The notes: generated from the sequence alone by a model not told the origin. A stretch of 64,000 nucleotides of DNA from the human T2T-CHM13v2.0 reference genome, Homo sapiens (GCF_009914755.1 NC_060925.1); one strand, 5' to 3'; positions 1 to 16,622 are shown, counted from the first letter of the stretch. A program made the numbers and translations.

Positions 1-1
1 G

Positions 2-703
<702 letters not shown>

Positions 704-2008
704 TGAAGAGTAGGAGGGGTTGGAATTGTCACCCTGGAGGTTCATGGTTGCTAGATTATTGATTCTGTTGCTGGATTCAGGAGACCTGTTAGCTGGCTAG
801 TTCACAGCAAGTATTGGGTGTTTGGAGGGGGGCTGCAGAGCCCCTTCTCAGGACCCAGGAGGGCCAGCTGCCCTCCCTACCCCCTCTTTTGGACACTAGT
901 GGGCATGTTCTGCTGGGAAAACAGACAGTGTAACCTGACTTCGAGGGCTGCAGGCTGAATCTCTTTCAGACGTACTGGCTCCTTGAGAGGCCTAGCAGAT
1001 CTCTACTCTGTGGGTCCCTTTCGGAGCTGGGGCTCAGGTTTGACCCAGCCACTCTGACCGGAGACAGCGCAGAAATCACCAGGAGCATTTGTTTGTTTTC
1101 CTTTGCTGTCCAGACAGTGGCCCACCGTCTGCTTCAGTCTGAGCGTGGCCCTGCACTAGTGAGACTGATGTGGCCACAGGTTCAGAGAATCAGTGCGCCT
1201 GAGTGGGAGAGCAGAGCGGGAGGGGATTTGGAGGCAGGCGGGCTGTGGACAGGGAGGGGGGAGGACATCTTCCGAGCTGTCAGCGGGAGGCCTTCTTGAA
1301 GGTCTTTCAGGAGCAAGGCCAGAGGCCGTGGGAGTGGGCGGGGCCTGGGGCTGGGAGTCAGGGGTCTGAGGCCTCATCTTGGCCCGGCCTCTGCTTCCGG
1401 GAGAACTTGGCCAATTCCCTTCTCCTTTCTGAACCTTGGTGGCCCCAGCTGTCACTTGAGATTAGCAAGGACCTCCCTGGTCCCAGCAGGAGTGAGTGGC
1501 TTTGGGCAGGGGGTGGAGTGCAGATTGCACTGCCACGTCACTCAGCTCAGAAGGCCCAGGTGTGGTCCAGCTGTGGACTTGATTGTGAACTCCTGGGGAA
1601 GGGCTCTGGTCCTTTGCCTCAGTTAGCGGGACCCCCACCAGTGCCCTGGGTGCCCCTGCTGGCCCCTCCTCTCGCTGACCCCAGCCCCAGTTTCTGGCTG
1701 CAACTCACAGAGGCCCCAGGCTCCTGTGGCCCCATCACCAGCAGCTCCTGCTGTCATTTCCTGAGCCTCGCAAGCCCCTAATCCTGCTCCTTCCTGTCCT
1801 GGCCCCCAGGTCCCTCAAGCCCCACTCCTGCATCCCATTCTCCCTGGACATCACCCCTCCCACCCCTTGGCTCAATTTCCTTCCTGTCGTGGCTTGGTCC
1901 TTTGGTCATTGCCCTGGTCTTTTCTTGTCCCCTTCCTGATTCTGCCCTTCTCCAGGCCCACACGGGGAACCTCCTAACCGCTGAGCCCTGAAAGGTAGGC
2001 GGGTTTAG

Positions 2009-2395
<387 letters not shown>

Positions 2396-3143
2396 TTAGA
2401 GGACAATGTTAGGACTGTCCCAGCTGTCCTAGCTGGAGCCAAAGGTTTGTTGGGGACAGTGACAGCAGCACACGAGGCTGTAAGTTTAGGGCCAGTTTAT
2501 GGAGGAGTAGTACCAATTACATTGAGAAAACTGTAGCAACTATAATTTGGGAGGAATTTTCTAAATACTTTACATGTGTTATTTAATCTTCCCATCAGCC
2601 CCAGGAGGTATGTGCATTTATCAGTCCCATTCTACAGATGAAAAGACTGAGGTCTATGAACTCCTTTATTTAAAAACAAAACAAAACCCCCTCAAGGCTG
2701 CCTGCTAAGAGGGGAGGAGTGTGGATTCAAGCCAGCATCCTTATTCCAGTGTCCATGCTCTCAGCCACCACACACACACTCCTATCAGGAGTTGGGGCAG
2801 TGGGGAGCCATTATAGTTTTTGAGCAAGAGAGTGACAGGGCAAAGATCACTGTGGCCTCAGTGTGAAGCACAGATGAGATGGAGAGACTGGAGGCAGGGA
2901 GGCCCATGAGGAGGCTGTCAACATGGTTCAGGTGACAGCTCTGGGTTGGTGAAGAAGCAGAGAACAGGAAGGAAGGGGCGAGAGGCTTGAGGGAGGAGGA
3001 GGAAGCCTTTGGACTGGGCCGTGGATATAGGGTGGGAACATAGGAGGTGAGGAGCATGCTCTCTCCACCTGCTTTTTGCAACATGCGGCCTCTCTGGCCT
3101 TAGCTCTGCCTGTCCTGAGCCCTGAGCCCAATGGACCGATTCT

Positions 3144-3442
<299 letters not shown>

Positions 3443-3811
3443 CAGTGGACTGATTCTGGTCAGTGTCAACCCCATTTGTCCCTGGAGCTTTTGCAGTCGG
3501 TCACAGGGCCAGCCCGGTCCTGGTCACCGCTGGCTGGTTACCCCGGCTGGGTTGGGCAGGAGTCTGGGCAGGGCTGGTTGCTCATCTCAGGTATGAAATT
3601 GGCTGCACCCCCACTAGTGTGGGGGAGCAGGATTCCAGGGCCTGCCTGGCGCTGCTACCCCTGTGCCTCCAGACCCCTCGAGCTCCTCCCAGACCTTTGG
3701 CTTCGTTGACTGTGAGGTGAAAACAAAAGGGCTGCTCTCTGTCACTTCCCCTAGGGGCGGGCAGATGCTGGCAGGGCACAGAGAGCCGAGGGCTAAGAGC
3801 TGACATTTAGC

Positions 3812-4005
<194 letters not shown>

Positions 4006-6281
4006 CTACACAGAGTGCCCTTCCTTGTCACAGCTACCTGGGGGCAGGGGAACATTATCCCCATTTTACAGAAGAGGCCTTTGAAGCACAGAGATTAACT
4101 GACGTACTTAGGGTTTTGCAGCTCACTAGAGGCAGAGCCAAGACTCCACCCCAGGTGGCCAGGCTCCTGAGCGCTATGCCTACCTCACCCTCCAATGAGG
4201 TGGTGGTGGAGGAGACCGTGAGCCGCTGTCACCTGAACACTGGTGCACTCAGTCTGCTGCTCTGAGGACGCCGCCCCCTCTCTTTGTAAGTCCATTTCCT
4301 GCCCATTTCTCATGCTAGCTCCAGCTCATTTCAACTAATTGAAAATTAAAACTTTGCTTCTGTTGAGCAATTCGGCATCGATGAGACGCCAGCTGTGGGC
4401 TGTGTGCTGGCTGTGTGTAGGGTGATGAGTAGCAGAAGCACGGGTGACACTGAGCTCTTTCCACTGCCGGCACGGTGCCAAGCACGCCACGTATACTGAC
4501 TTCATGAATCATAAAGCCCTGTGAAGGGGGCACTGTTTCTGTCGCCATTTTATAGATGATAAAGTGGAGGTGGGGGAATGGCAGAACTGGGATCAAAGCC
4601 CACGTGTCTGTGTCTGGCTCAGCGCCCATACAAGGGTGTCAAGGTTGCGGGGAGGCACGAGGGAACCAATAATTAACCAAAACTGGTCGGGTGTGGGCAG
4701 TATAGAGATGCACCCGGGTTGTCACAGGAGCCCCTAGGAGGGACCTCTGACCTCCCTGAAATGATGGCAGAGGGAACTCTTGAAAGAAGCTGAGAAGTCA
4801 GCACTGCCAGGTCGGGGGTGGCGGGTCAGGACGTTTGGGCAGAGGCAGCAGCAGTACGGGCATGGAGAAGGGGGCGGAGGAGCCAGGTGCTGCTTTGTGT
4901 TGTGACAGCAACAGGTGAGTGATGAATACAGGTGGGAGATGCTGGCAGGGGCTAAGGAGGTTGCGCAGGTGGTGGCAGCCGCTGGAAGCTTTTAAGGAGA
5001 GTCAGGCTTGATTGTAGGAAGGGGGCTTAGGTCCATCTGAAAGGGACAGAAGGCTGGGAACCAAGACCAAGGAGCCTGCAGCTGGCAGGAGATGCTGAGG
5101 GCAGCGAGGAGGAGGGGTCGTGGGAGATGGAGCAGGCGACATCAGCAGGCCCCTTGGAGGGTGACAGTGGGAGAGGCTGGGGCGTCTCTCATTAGACTCA
5201 GGGTTCCTTGCAGGCAGGGACCATGCCTGGCGTCTTTGTACCCTGGCATTTAGCACAAAGCCTGGCTCCAAGAACCGGATACCAGCCCAGTCTTCCTGTC
5301 TGCCCCCAGCTCATTTCTAAAGCAACATCACAGGCAGCGAGTCGGGAGTGGGATGTGTCACCCCCGGGTTGCCTGCCTGTGATGTGGTCAGTCCTTCCTA
5401 ACGCAGATGCCATTCCTCTCCGTGACGGCAGACGGGCCTCCGCTGTCACTGGCCCTGGCGTTGCTGTGACGACCTGGCCTGATGTAGCTGCACCCTGCAG
5501 TCCATGGGGCTCCTGTGAACCCCCAAGGTTGAGACCCAAATGCCTCTGCTGCCTCCCACCACGCCCTAGGGGCCCCGCGACCCGCCATGCAAATGATGTG
5601 GTTTCCGCATTGCTTGAAGAGGGTTTCCTCTGTGTGGGGGTCCCTGGGTCCTTGGGCAGATACCTCTGCCCCTCCCCACAGCTTTGGCCCCTGCCCTAAG
5701 ACCCTGGAGACCCTTTTGCCTGGGAGAGTCACTGAACCACCTGCCCCTGCTCACAGTGTGTTCACAGAAGAGTCACTCCCCTCTGTGGGCTCCTTGTCTG
5801 TAAAATGAGGGAGCAGGACAAGATCACAGGGTACAAAACTGTCAGAGGGCACAGAGGCTGATGTTGCTGCCATCAGCTCCTGGAGTGCCGCTCACTGGCT
5901 GCATGACCTTGGACAATTTGCACGAAATCTCCCAAGCCTCAATGTCTGCATCTGTAAAATGGATCATCCTGACCTCATTGCGTTAGTGCTAGGATAAAAT
6001 AAAGAGAAGGTATATGAACGTGCCCAGCACTGTGCCTGCACACAGTAGGTACTTTTCCTGGATCTGAACAGTCTCTGTTCTTCCAGCTCTGTGTAAAGGC
6101 TTGATCTCGACCCCTAAAGCCTGAAGCTTCTCCCTGTGGCCACCTCCCCACCGCATCATCTTCCGTTCTCAGCGGGTAGATCCCTGCCCAGGGGGGACCC
6201 CCTGGGGAAGGCTGGGAGCATGACCTCTTCCCAAGGGTACGGCATCTAAAAGGGATCTCCGGAACATTGAAAAGCCATGAA

Positions 6282-6422
6282 GGCCGGGCACAGCGGCTCA
6301 CGCCTGTAATCCCAGCACTTTGGGAGGCTGAGGGAGGAGGATCGCTTAAGGCCAGGAGTTCAAGACCAGTCTGGACAACATAGCAAGACCCGGTCTCTTT
6401 CTATAAATGAAAAAATAATAAT
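6282..6422 (+). mobile_element. Monomeric Alu (FLAM-like) with TSD aaagccatgaag
   Basis: Left monomer plus A tail; TSD at 6271-6282 and 6423-6434. Confidence 0.9.
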
Positions 6423-9400
6423 AAAGCCATGAAGATCCCCAAAGAAGGCTGTGCTAATGGCGGCCGGAAGAGCAGAGGGCACCACAGATGCCGTGCTTTC
6501 AGCTTTTTCCTTCTCCTCCAGGCCTCCCTTCTTTCCTTCCTCTCTCGCTATTTATAAATAAGAGAAGGCATTGAGGGCCCCCACCTCGGGTACTTGCAGG
6601 GCCTTGGCCTGGGAACAGGACAAGCAGCAAGTCAGTTGACCCGGGGTTGCTCAATTCCCCAAGAGCTGACGCAAACTCCAGAATCAGACCTGCCCTGGCC
6701 ACCTGGCCCTGCCCCTTACCAGCTAAGGGCTCCAGCAGAGTCCTAGTCTTGAGCGAATCTTATACCTGCAGCCCTGTCCACCAGCTGTGCTTCCTGAGTC
6801 CTCCAGGGTGAGGGGGCGTGGGGTCAGAAGAGAGGGGACGGTGTGCAGGGAGGGTGGAACCTGACTGACCGGGTCAGCCTTACTCTTCCAGCGGGGTCTT
6901 GTCTTCCTGGAGCTCGGCCCTCGGCAGCTCTCAGAAGCTCACCTTCTTGCAGGCTCTCACAGCCGCATCGTCCTCTGGCTGGGCTGCTCACAGACCCCGG
7001 CCCCTGGGTTTTGTCCACTCACCCAGACTCTGTTTTGGGGTCACATTACCCTTCCAGTGTTCCTCTGAGCAAAGTCCCTGTGAGTTAGCCCAAGGTCCCT
7101 GTCAAGGAGGACCACATCTGGCCTGTCGCACTCTTCTCCTTTGCCCCACCGAAGCCTCTGTCACACTGTCACAGCAGCGGGCCTGCCATGGTCTCCCCAT
7201 GTAAGGCTTCCTGAGGAACGGGCCTGGTGCCAGCCTGGGGGTGAACTGCCAGCCCCAGGAGTCACAGGTCAGCTTCCCCACACTTACCCTGGAGGCAGGA
7301 TGGAGGCCCCCTCCTTTGCAAGGCCCACACGGGCCATCTAACACCCCACTAAAGCCGGGCAGTTCGCTGCCCTGGGGTGTGTTCTCGCCTTGCCAGTTCT
7401 TGGCTAAAACCAAGGCAGGAAGAGCCCAGTTCCCATGTTCTGTAACATGGGTCTATGACCAGGGCCTTTGCAGGCCCCTTGCAGCGCCCCCATGGAGCCC
7501 CCAGGAGTCTGGGAGAAGATGATGAACCCAAGTGAGGACCTCCCCGGGGGCCTTTGCTCCTCACAAGAACCCCTGGAGGAGACAGGGCAAGGAGTACCAC
7601 TCCCATTTTACAGGTGACAATGCCGAGGCTCAGAGAAAGTCCATGACACCCCCAAATCCCCCGGACCCACTACCCTGACCTCCTGGCGGTGCACAGAGCA
7701 TGCCACGCACCTCTCCATATGCACATAGACCCTCTAACCTAAGTCAGCGCCCCTTCTACAAGGCCGGTGTCCAGCACACCTGGGAAAGGGGACATTTCTG
7801 GCCCTTTCCTCTCAGAAGTCGCCTGCTCGAGCTGCCCTCCCTGGGGGGAAGGGGATGGGGGCAGAAGCTGAGCATGGAAGCCCCTGCTAATCCACCCTCT
7901 GCTCTCTCCAGAGGCCCAGGACCAGCCCAACTCTGCCCCACATCCCAGCCCCCACCTCCCAGCTCGTGCTGTTTCTCCACCTCTCATGTGGATGGGCCAC
8001 ACACCACCCAGCACCCCTGAGGTCTGGTGAGGGACTGAGCCTTCGACACCCATCCTTAAGAACCCAGAGCTGGTCCTTTTGCTTAGAGCATCAACCAGGC
8101 CCACACTCTCATTTTACAGGCAGAGAAACTGAGGCACAGAGAACCTGGTTACTGCCCACAGCAGAGGAGACATTTGAGTGAGGACACAGAGGATCTTTGG
8201 GGTAGGGGCGGGCCTTGGGGTTGAGACCCAGTCTTCCTGGCCAGGGAGGAAACACAGGACTGGAGGTGAGGAGTCCTCTTTAAGGCTAGTTTCTTCATCT
8301 GTAACTTGGGAATAACAATAGGACTGGCCTCAGGGGGACCAGGGGAGGATTCAGAGAGGCTATGATGCTGGGACAGCTCTTCGTGATGACTGGCATGAAG
8401 CAGGCTTCTAGTAGATGCTCTACTGCTGCTTTCGTTCTCACCCTCACCCACCCGCTCTGGGCCCACTGCCCTGACCTCCTGACCAAGCACTGAGTGTGCC
8501 AAGGGCATCTCCCTGTCTCCCCGGCCCCGCACCTCGTGTCACCCTTTTCCTTAGCTCTTACCACCACCTTGAATTCTCTATTGAACGTGCATGTGTCTCC
8601 CCAGCTAAGATGACAACTTCCCGGGGGCAGGGATTTGATTTGTTCAATGCTACTGTTTACCCAGCACCTACAACACTGGGTGCTCAGCACGTCTGTTGAA
8701 TGAATGAATGAATGAATGAATCACTGCTTTCACCTTTGCCCCTGACTTTCTCCATGGACCACGGACAAGTGACTTGATCTCCCTGAGCTGTGAAATGGGG
8801 CCATTCACACCAGCTTTTTAGGGTGGAACTAGGATTTTATACAGTGCCTGCCATCTGGCCTGGCACATAGTAGGTGCTTAGCAAATATCCCATTGTTTTC
8901 CTTCCTCCCCAGAGGGCCAAAGCCAAGACCTGGAGGAGCAACAGGGTGGGGGTCTAACCCCTGGGTGACAGAGACAGCTCCCATCTGGGATGGAGGCTGC
9001 ATGGTGGGAGGAGCTGCTGAGGTTGGGCCGTTCAGCTTTGGGGCCCTTGGAGTCCTGGGTCTGTGTGGAGGGGGAAGGGAAGCTCTCTGGGCCCCAAGAG
9101 AAGGGAGGCAGGATTGGGGGTGGCAAGGATTGCAGCTCTTCTGGGATAGCCTTGGGCACACTGCTTTGTCTCCCTGAGCACCTGCGAATGTCAGTGAGAA
9201 GACCAGACAGTGGGTCTAACACGCACAGTTGCCCCTGGGAGGTAGCAGGTGCTCGGTACCGATGAGCTACCGCTAACTGCAGGTGCTACCTGTCTTAGAG
9301 GAGGGAGCCCAATCTGGAGGAGGGGAAATGGGAGCTGTGGACCCAGATGGGAGGTGGCTCAGAGACTGTGGGTGGGCCCTGATGAGCTTCTTATCCATAG

Positions 9401-9584
9401 TCCTCTATCCGCTTGCCGCCATCCTGGCCCTGGCATGGCCCAAAGTCTCTGGGAGACCAGGGGAGGTGGCTTTGCCTTTTTCCATCTCTGTTATCTCATC
9501 TGTGAAATGGGCACAATCAGACCTGCCTCACCAATTGGAATATAGATTTAGGTGCAGTTTTCTTTTTTCTTTCCTTTTATCTAT

Positions 9585-9787
9585 TCTCTCTCTCTCTCTC
9601 TCTCTCTCTATGTATATATGTATAGCTATCTATTGATATTTTCTATCATCCATCTATTTATCTTGTATCTACTTTCTATTATCTCTATCATCTATTTATC
9701 TAATCTATCATCTATCTAGCTATCTTTCTATTTTATCTATCTATCTGTCTGTCTGTCTGTTTTATCTATCTAGCTATTTTATCTATT

Positions 9788-9826
<39 letters not shown>

Positions 9827-9839
9827 GCTATCTATCTAT

Positions 9840-9883
<44 letters not shown>

Positions 9884-9941
9884 GCTATCTATCTATTCTA
9901 TCTACCTACCTATCTATCTATCTATCTAGCTATCTATCTAT

Positions 9942-9981
<40 letters not shown>

Positions 9982-10020
9982 CCTACCTACCTACCTACCT
10001 ACCTACATATCTATCCATCC
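9585..10020. repeat. (CT)n followed by a complex (TCTA)n/(TCTG)n/(CCTA)n tetranucleotide array
   Basis: Read directly. Confidence 0.95.
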
Positions 10021-13000
10021 TCTCCGATTCCCTCACCACTGGGTCTCAGATTCCCTGCCTGTTAAATAAATGGTCAGTTAACCCTCAACAGTGATTTTCA
10101 ATTTTTCACTTGAGGCCCCCATATTTTGGAAGATTGTAGTTTGCTGAACACGCTGACTGAATCAAGTACTATCCAACTTATTTCCTCATTTTAACATGTC
10201 AAAGATCCCCTGTGGGGTGAGTGGGGTGTGAATTGGAGCCTCCCCAATCCAAGGCACAGGAACTGGAAGCTTCTGTAGCCCTGCATTTCCTAGAGAATGC
10301 TTGCCATGTTTTGGGGCCTCCTGGGGGGCCCCTGTGCTGACCAGAGGCCGGCTCCCAGGGCTGTGGTTTGGGCCCAGCCCCCTGCTCCTGGGGACCGCTG
10401 CTGTGGAGGGAGTGACCTTTTGTTCTGCTTTGCCAAGGGGCTTTCTGTTCCTCATTGTTTAGCCATGACAAGGCTGTGGATTTTTTTTTTTTTTTCTGTC
10501 CAAGAGAATAAACAGGCCTGAGATTGCTCAAGGGAGCCGACCCCCTCTGCCAGCTACTGGGGGCTGGAGGCTCACAGAGCCAGGGAGGAAGTCCTACCCC
10601 CTCTGCCGGCTACCGGGGGGGCTGGAGCCACACAGAGCCAGGGAGGAAGTCCAGGGACGGTCACTCACAGCAAAGCCTCAGACAAGAGAGGAACCTGGAG
10701 GGGAGGAGGTGGGAGGCCACCACTCAGCCGGCCTGGGGGCCATGGGAGTCCAGCTGCCTGCCGTTAGTGGCCAGGAGCCCTCGTCCATTGCGGCTCTTGA
10801 GAGCCCAAACTTGGCCACGGCAGGGCTCTTTCCCATCAGGCCCTTTGAGCCCTGATGGGAAACCCTTCCCCAGCCAGGGTGGGATTTCTTGCTGCCGCCT
10901 GGAGCCGCCCTGGCCCTGTGGTTCTCAGGCCCTGGAGGAGTGAGGGGCTCCCCTGGTTACCCCAAGGGCACTCGTGGGGATGAAGCCCGCGGGATGCAGG
11001 ATTCCCACGAGACCTGTGCTGGCCACTGTGCGGGGTGGGGGGCTGCCAGGGAAGAGGTGCAGCCCCTGCCTGCCTCAGGGATGCGATCTGAGGGAAGAGG
11101 CAGCTGCGTCTGGGAGGCCGTTCGGTCGGAGGGGGATAGGCACAGCCCCTGCCCTTGGGGAAGCGCCCAGCAGCAGCCTTCAGGGAAGGCAGTTTGGGGG
11201 TTTGCCGAGGGCCAGGAAGACCCTCTGCCGCAGTTAGTATTCGATGGAATGGCTTGTGCAGAGGGAGCTGCAGAAGCTGCCATTTCTCTGGGTTAGGGGC
11301 TCCCACAGCCTTTGGATGCCGGGTCTCGGCCATGAGCCCCCTCCGCCACCCCTCCCCCAGGTCACCTTGCTCAATCCAGGAGGCCGGATGATCAGAGTGT
11401 GTTCTGCAAAGGAGCGTGAGAATCACTGGGGAGATTTCCTTTTTCTTTCTCTTTTTTTAATGGTACAGCTTCTTGGGCCCACCCCTGAGATTCTGCACTT
11501 GTTTGGGGAGTGGGTGTTGGCTTCATGACAGGCACCCCTGGGTGCTTTGGACACAGGCAGTGAGCTCCCCCCACACTGTGTGAACCCCTGAGAAGGCTTC
11601 TCCTTTTGTCTAGGGTGCCTGGGAGTCTGCTCCAGCAGCAAACCGGGGAGGGGAGGGGTACTGGGACCGAGTGTGTGTGGCAGCACCGTGTCCAGGCAAA
11701 CTGAGGCTCCAGACGGGGGTTACTTCTTCAGACCCTGTTATGCAGCATGGTTCCCACTGCCCGTGCCCAGAATTCACCAGAGCTGATGGGCCTGGGGTGG
11801 GCCTCCGGGGCAGGCCAGGGTGGAAAGTGCATCTGTGTTTGAGCTTTGCGGCCCTGGCGCTGGAGTTAGATCCCTACAGGAAAGGACATTGTAACCCAGC
11901 CCGTGGTTGAGACTAGCAGCTGCTGAGCACCTACGCCCTGCTAGGCTGTGGGGCAACAGCAAAGGGTAACCCCCAGCCTGCAGCCTCAGGGGGGCTTCCC
12001 ATCTAGCGAGGGGCCCAGGGAGGCCATGAGGAGAGCCATGAGGGAGGAAGGTGGGGACTCTGGGCCTGAGTGACTCCTTCAGGGTGGGGTGCGGGCAGGG
12101 AGCCTTCAGGAGGGAGGGTACTGCCTGAGCAGGGCTCTTAAGGGACACGTGGAATTTGTTACAGGAAGCACCAGGCCATTCCAGGCATAGAAATCAGCTG
12201 GGGTGCAAAGGCCTGGGGGTCAGAAGAGTGGCAGATTGCTCCATGGCAGGAAGCCCCAGCTCCTCTGGGTCGTTCCCGCTGAGGGATTCCAGCTGTTGGC
12301 ACCGAGGGGTGCAGCCAGGGCAGGGTGGTGCTGCCTGCCAGGCTGAGGTGGGAGACAGCTGGGTTTCTAGCCCTGCTTGTCACTCGCTATAGGTGCAGCC
12401 AAACGCTCAGCAGGCCCAAACTCTGGGCAGTCCTGACTCCCAGGCAGTGCTGTGAGGAAGGGGAGGAGGAGGCACACTGAACCCACCTGCTACGTTGGCT
12501 GGTGGAAATTTGGCCAGGTCTGCACTGGCCCAGCGGTGCTGGGTGTCGTGACTGGTGTCTGCTCTGACTGGCTTGCTGACAGCTGAAGTCCAGGATAGGT
12601 CCATGGCCACGTTGTGCTGGTTTGTTAAATATTTTTAGTATCTCCCCTGCTCCTATATGTTAGGTACTGGAGTCCAGAGAGGTTAAGGCACTTGCCTAAG
12701 GCCACACAGCCGCTAAGTGGTGGAGTGAGGATTTGAAACCAGTTCTTTCTGACTCCCTGTATCCTTATCTATGGAGAGGCCCCATGACTCGTTCACTAAA
12801 GGTTATGGATCTCGATCTTGTACTGGCCACATGACTGCAGCTGGCAGTACAGTGGGGAGTGCGCCAGCCCTGGCTCTGACCTCCTAGAACTGCCCTTTGT
12901 TCATTTCCAGGTGACGCATCTGTGGGGGCCCCTGAAGGACTTGGGGTGTGTGTGTACACCCTCTTTGCTTGTACAGATGTGTTCACACCCATGTTTGCCT

Positions 13001-13070
13001 ACATGTGAATGTCTCCATTCTGAGCTTGCTCTCAGCCTGGTAGAGGTGGCTAATTAATGCTTGTCCCTGA

Positions 13071-13581
<511 letters not shown>

Positions 13582-14924
13582 CTCTCTCTCTTTTCATTCA
13601 TCACATTGTTCATCTCTTCCCGGAGGCATCCAGCACAGTCTTTGAGACTGTGAGCTGTGAAGTCAGACAGGACCCAGGTCCAAACCCTTCTCTGTCACTT
13701 ACCAGGTCTGGGACCTTGGGCAGGTGACCTGCCCTCTCAGGCCTCGGTTTCCTGTTCTATAAAATGGCTGCAGTAGGGAAACCGTCTCCATCTTCATTGG
13801 GTGGTTGGGAAGTCTTGCTGAGACCACACACCTGTCTCAGGTAGGGTCTTCCAGAAGCAGAGCCTGAGGCAGGGATCTTTGTGAAAGTGATTTGCTAGGG
13901 AGGGCTCCCAGGAGAAGCAGGCAGGGCAGGTCAGGGGAGGGGGCTTAGCAGGGACGTTGTTCACCAGCTTCAGCCCAACACCACGGGGGTGGCTCTGGAC
14001 CATGAATTGTATCAGGGTGGGTCCCACCTTGAGGCTGTGGAGCATTCATTATCAGCCAACACCCACAGCAGCTGGGGGAGCGGTGCCCTGCTGGCAGCAG
14101 GGGTCTGAGTGGGGTGCAACAGCACCCACCAATTCGAGCAGCAGAAACGCTTAGAACAGTGCCTGGTACCTAGGCAGTGCTTCAAAAATGGCAACGATTG
14201 TCATGGTCATAACCAACATTCAGCTGATGAGTGCCGGCTCTACGGTGGGTCCCATGTGAGAGATTGAGGGTCTAGAGATGACAAGGCTGCCACCTCTGCT
14301 GTCTGCATCACATGAGTGTGTGTGTACACATGTGTGTGCATACATACCCACAGGGGGTGGAACGACAAGCAAGTAACCATTCCAGAACAATGAGATGACT
14401 GTTAGAGGGGTCATAACCCACGTTTAGAGAGAGCCGAGAGGAGGAGGAGGAGGAGCTTGAATTAGCCTTGGGTAGTCAGGGAGGGCTTCCCAGAGGAGGC
14501 AGCACTCATCTTGAAAGACAAAGGGATGTTTCAGGTGCAGGAGGGAAGGAGAGGTATCTTCCTTCCTCAGCAGAGGGCAGCTTTGTGCTGAGAACCCCCG
14601 TTCTCTGTGACCAAGGCCACTGTCTTCTGGATATCTGTCCCATGCAGTGTTAGGGGTCACCCAGCACTGGAGAAGGCCAGCAGAGTCAGTGCTTCTGCCT
14701 GCAGACATGACTAGGGTACACTGAGGTGGGGAGGCAGGGGAGGTAAAAGAAGGCACGAGCTCTCCTTCCTGTACCCTGCTCCAGGGGGAGAAACCTCCCC
14801 AGCCATCATCAGTGCAGACTGGCAGGGGGAGGGCCAAACATTTGCAGGGCGGGGACCTGGGCATCAGGCATGGCAGAACCCAGGGGCGGCCCTGTTGATG
14901 GCAGTCTTCCCTTCTTCCTTCCAG

Positions 14925-15024
14925 GTGGCATTTACACCCTACGCCCCGGAGCCCGGGAGCACATGCCGGCTCAGAGAATACTATGACCAGACAGCTCAGA
15001 TGTGCTGCAGCAAGTGCTCGCCGG
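14925..15024 (+). CDS. TNFRSF1B: TNFRSF1B exon 2 (100 nt): [33 protein letters not shown](G), CRD1
   Basis: Acceptor cttcttccttccag|GTG; donor CCGG|gtgagg. Confidence 0.98.
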
Positions 15025-16334
15025 GTGAGGGCAGCCGCGGGGGCACTCGGGGCCCATGCCCTGGAGGAGCGTGTGTGTACAGGGGCTGGGGTGCAAGAGC
15101 ATGGCCCTTGATTCTTACTGAACTCCTAGTTCTATGCACTGGCCCATGCTCCCTGCTGCTTCTGGGCCTGTGAACATGCTGTTCCCTCTTCCTGGCACAC
15201 TTCCCAACTCCCTTTCCCTGATTAACTCCAACTTGCCCTTTAGACCTCAGCTGAAGATGTCCCCTCTTCCAGGAAGGCTGCCTGCCCCATACTGCCCAGC
15301 CGGCGGAGGAGGGGGAGGAGGAGCCTAAATTAGCTCCTGGGGGAGTCAGGGAGGGCTGCCTGGAGGAGGCAGCACTTAGCTTGAAAGACAAGTGCTGCCT
15401 CCTTTGAGCTCTCACTGGCCTCTGATGTTCCCATGGAAGCTCTTTCCTTGCTGTGGGATTATAGCCCGGTCCTGCTTCCTGTTGCCTCCACTGTGTGCTC
15501 CTCTAGGGCAGAGATTGTGGCTTGTTTTCTGCTGAATCCCCAGCACGTGGCGCAATGCCATGTAGGTGCTCAGTGCATATTTGACTGACTCTGTGAATGC
15601 TTACCCATTTCACAGATGGTAGACCTGAGGCCCAGCCACCGTTGGTGGAGCTAGGTAGCCTGACTCCTGGTGCCCTCCATCTATTCATTTGTGTCTGTAT
15701 TCATTCATGTCATGTTTATAAGGTATCTGCTGTGTGTTCTAAGTGCTGGGAATACACAGAGAGCAGGGCAGACAAAACCCTTGCCCTCGTGGAGTCTGCA
15801 TTTTAACGGTGGATGCAGACAGATACATTAGGAGATGTGTGATCCTGTCTATCTGTAAGTGCTGTAGAAAGACAAGGTCAGGTAAGGCGGGGGAGACAGA
15901 GCGGGACATACTGTTTTACACAGGGTGGTCTGGGAACGTCTCTCTGAGGAGGTGACATTTGGGCAGAGCCCTGCAGGAGGTGAGGGAGCAGGTCATGCAT
16001 GTATACAGGGAACAGTGTGCCAGGAGGAAGCAACAGCATGTGCGAAGGCCTTGAAGTCGAAGCCTGTTTGGTGAGCTGGAGGAACAGCAGGGCCAGCATG
16101 TGTGGCCCAGGATGAGCGAAGGCGAGTACGGTAGGGGAGGAGGAGGAAGGAGTGAGCAGGGACCATGGTAAGGAGTTTAGATTTTATTCTGTCTGGGAGC
16201 CAATGGAGGGCTTTGAGCCGTTACCTTGAGATGTAGGTGGGCATATGAGTACCTGTCACAGTCCCTAGCCATTTTAAGACATCCTAGGGAAAGTGACTCT
16301 CTTCTTTCTTTTATTAACTGGAAGGGTCTCTTTA

Positions 16335-16622
<288 letters not shown>

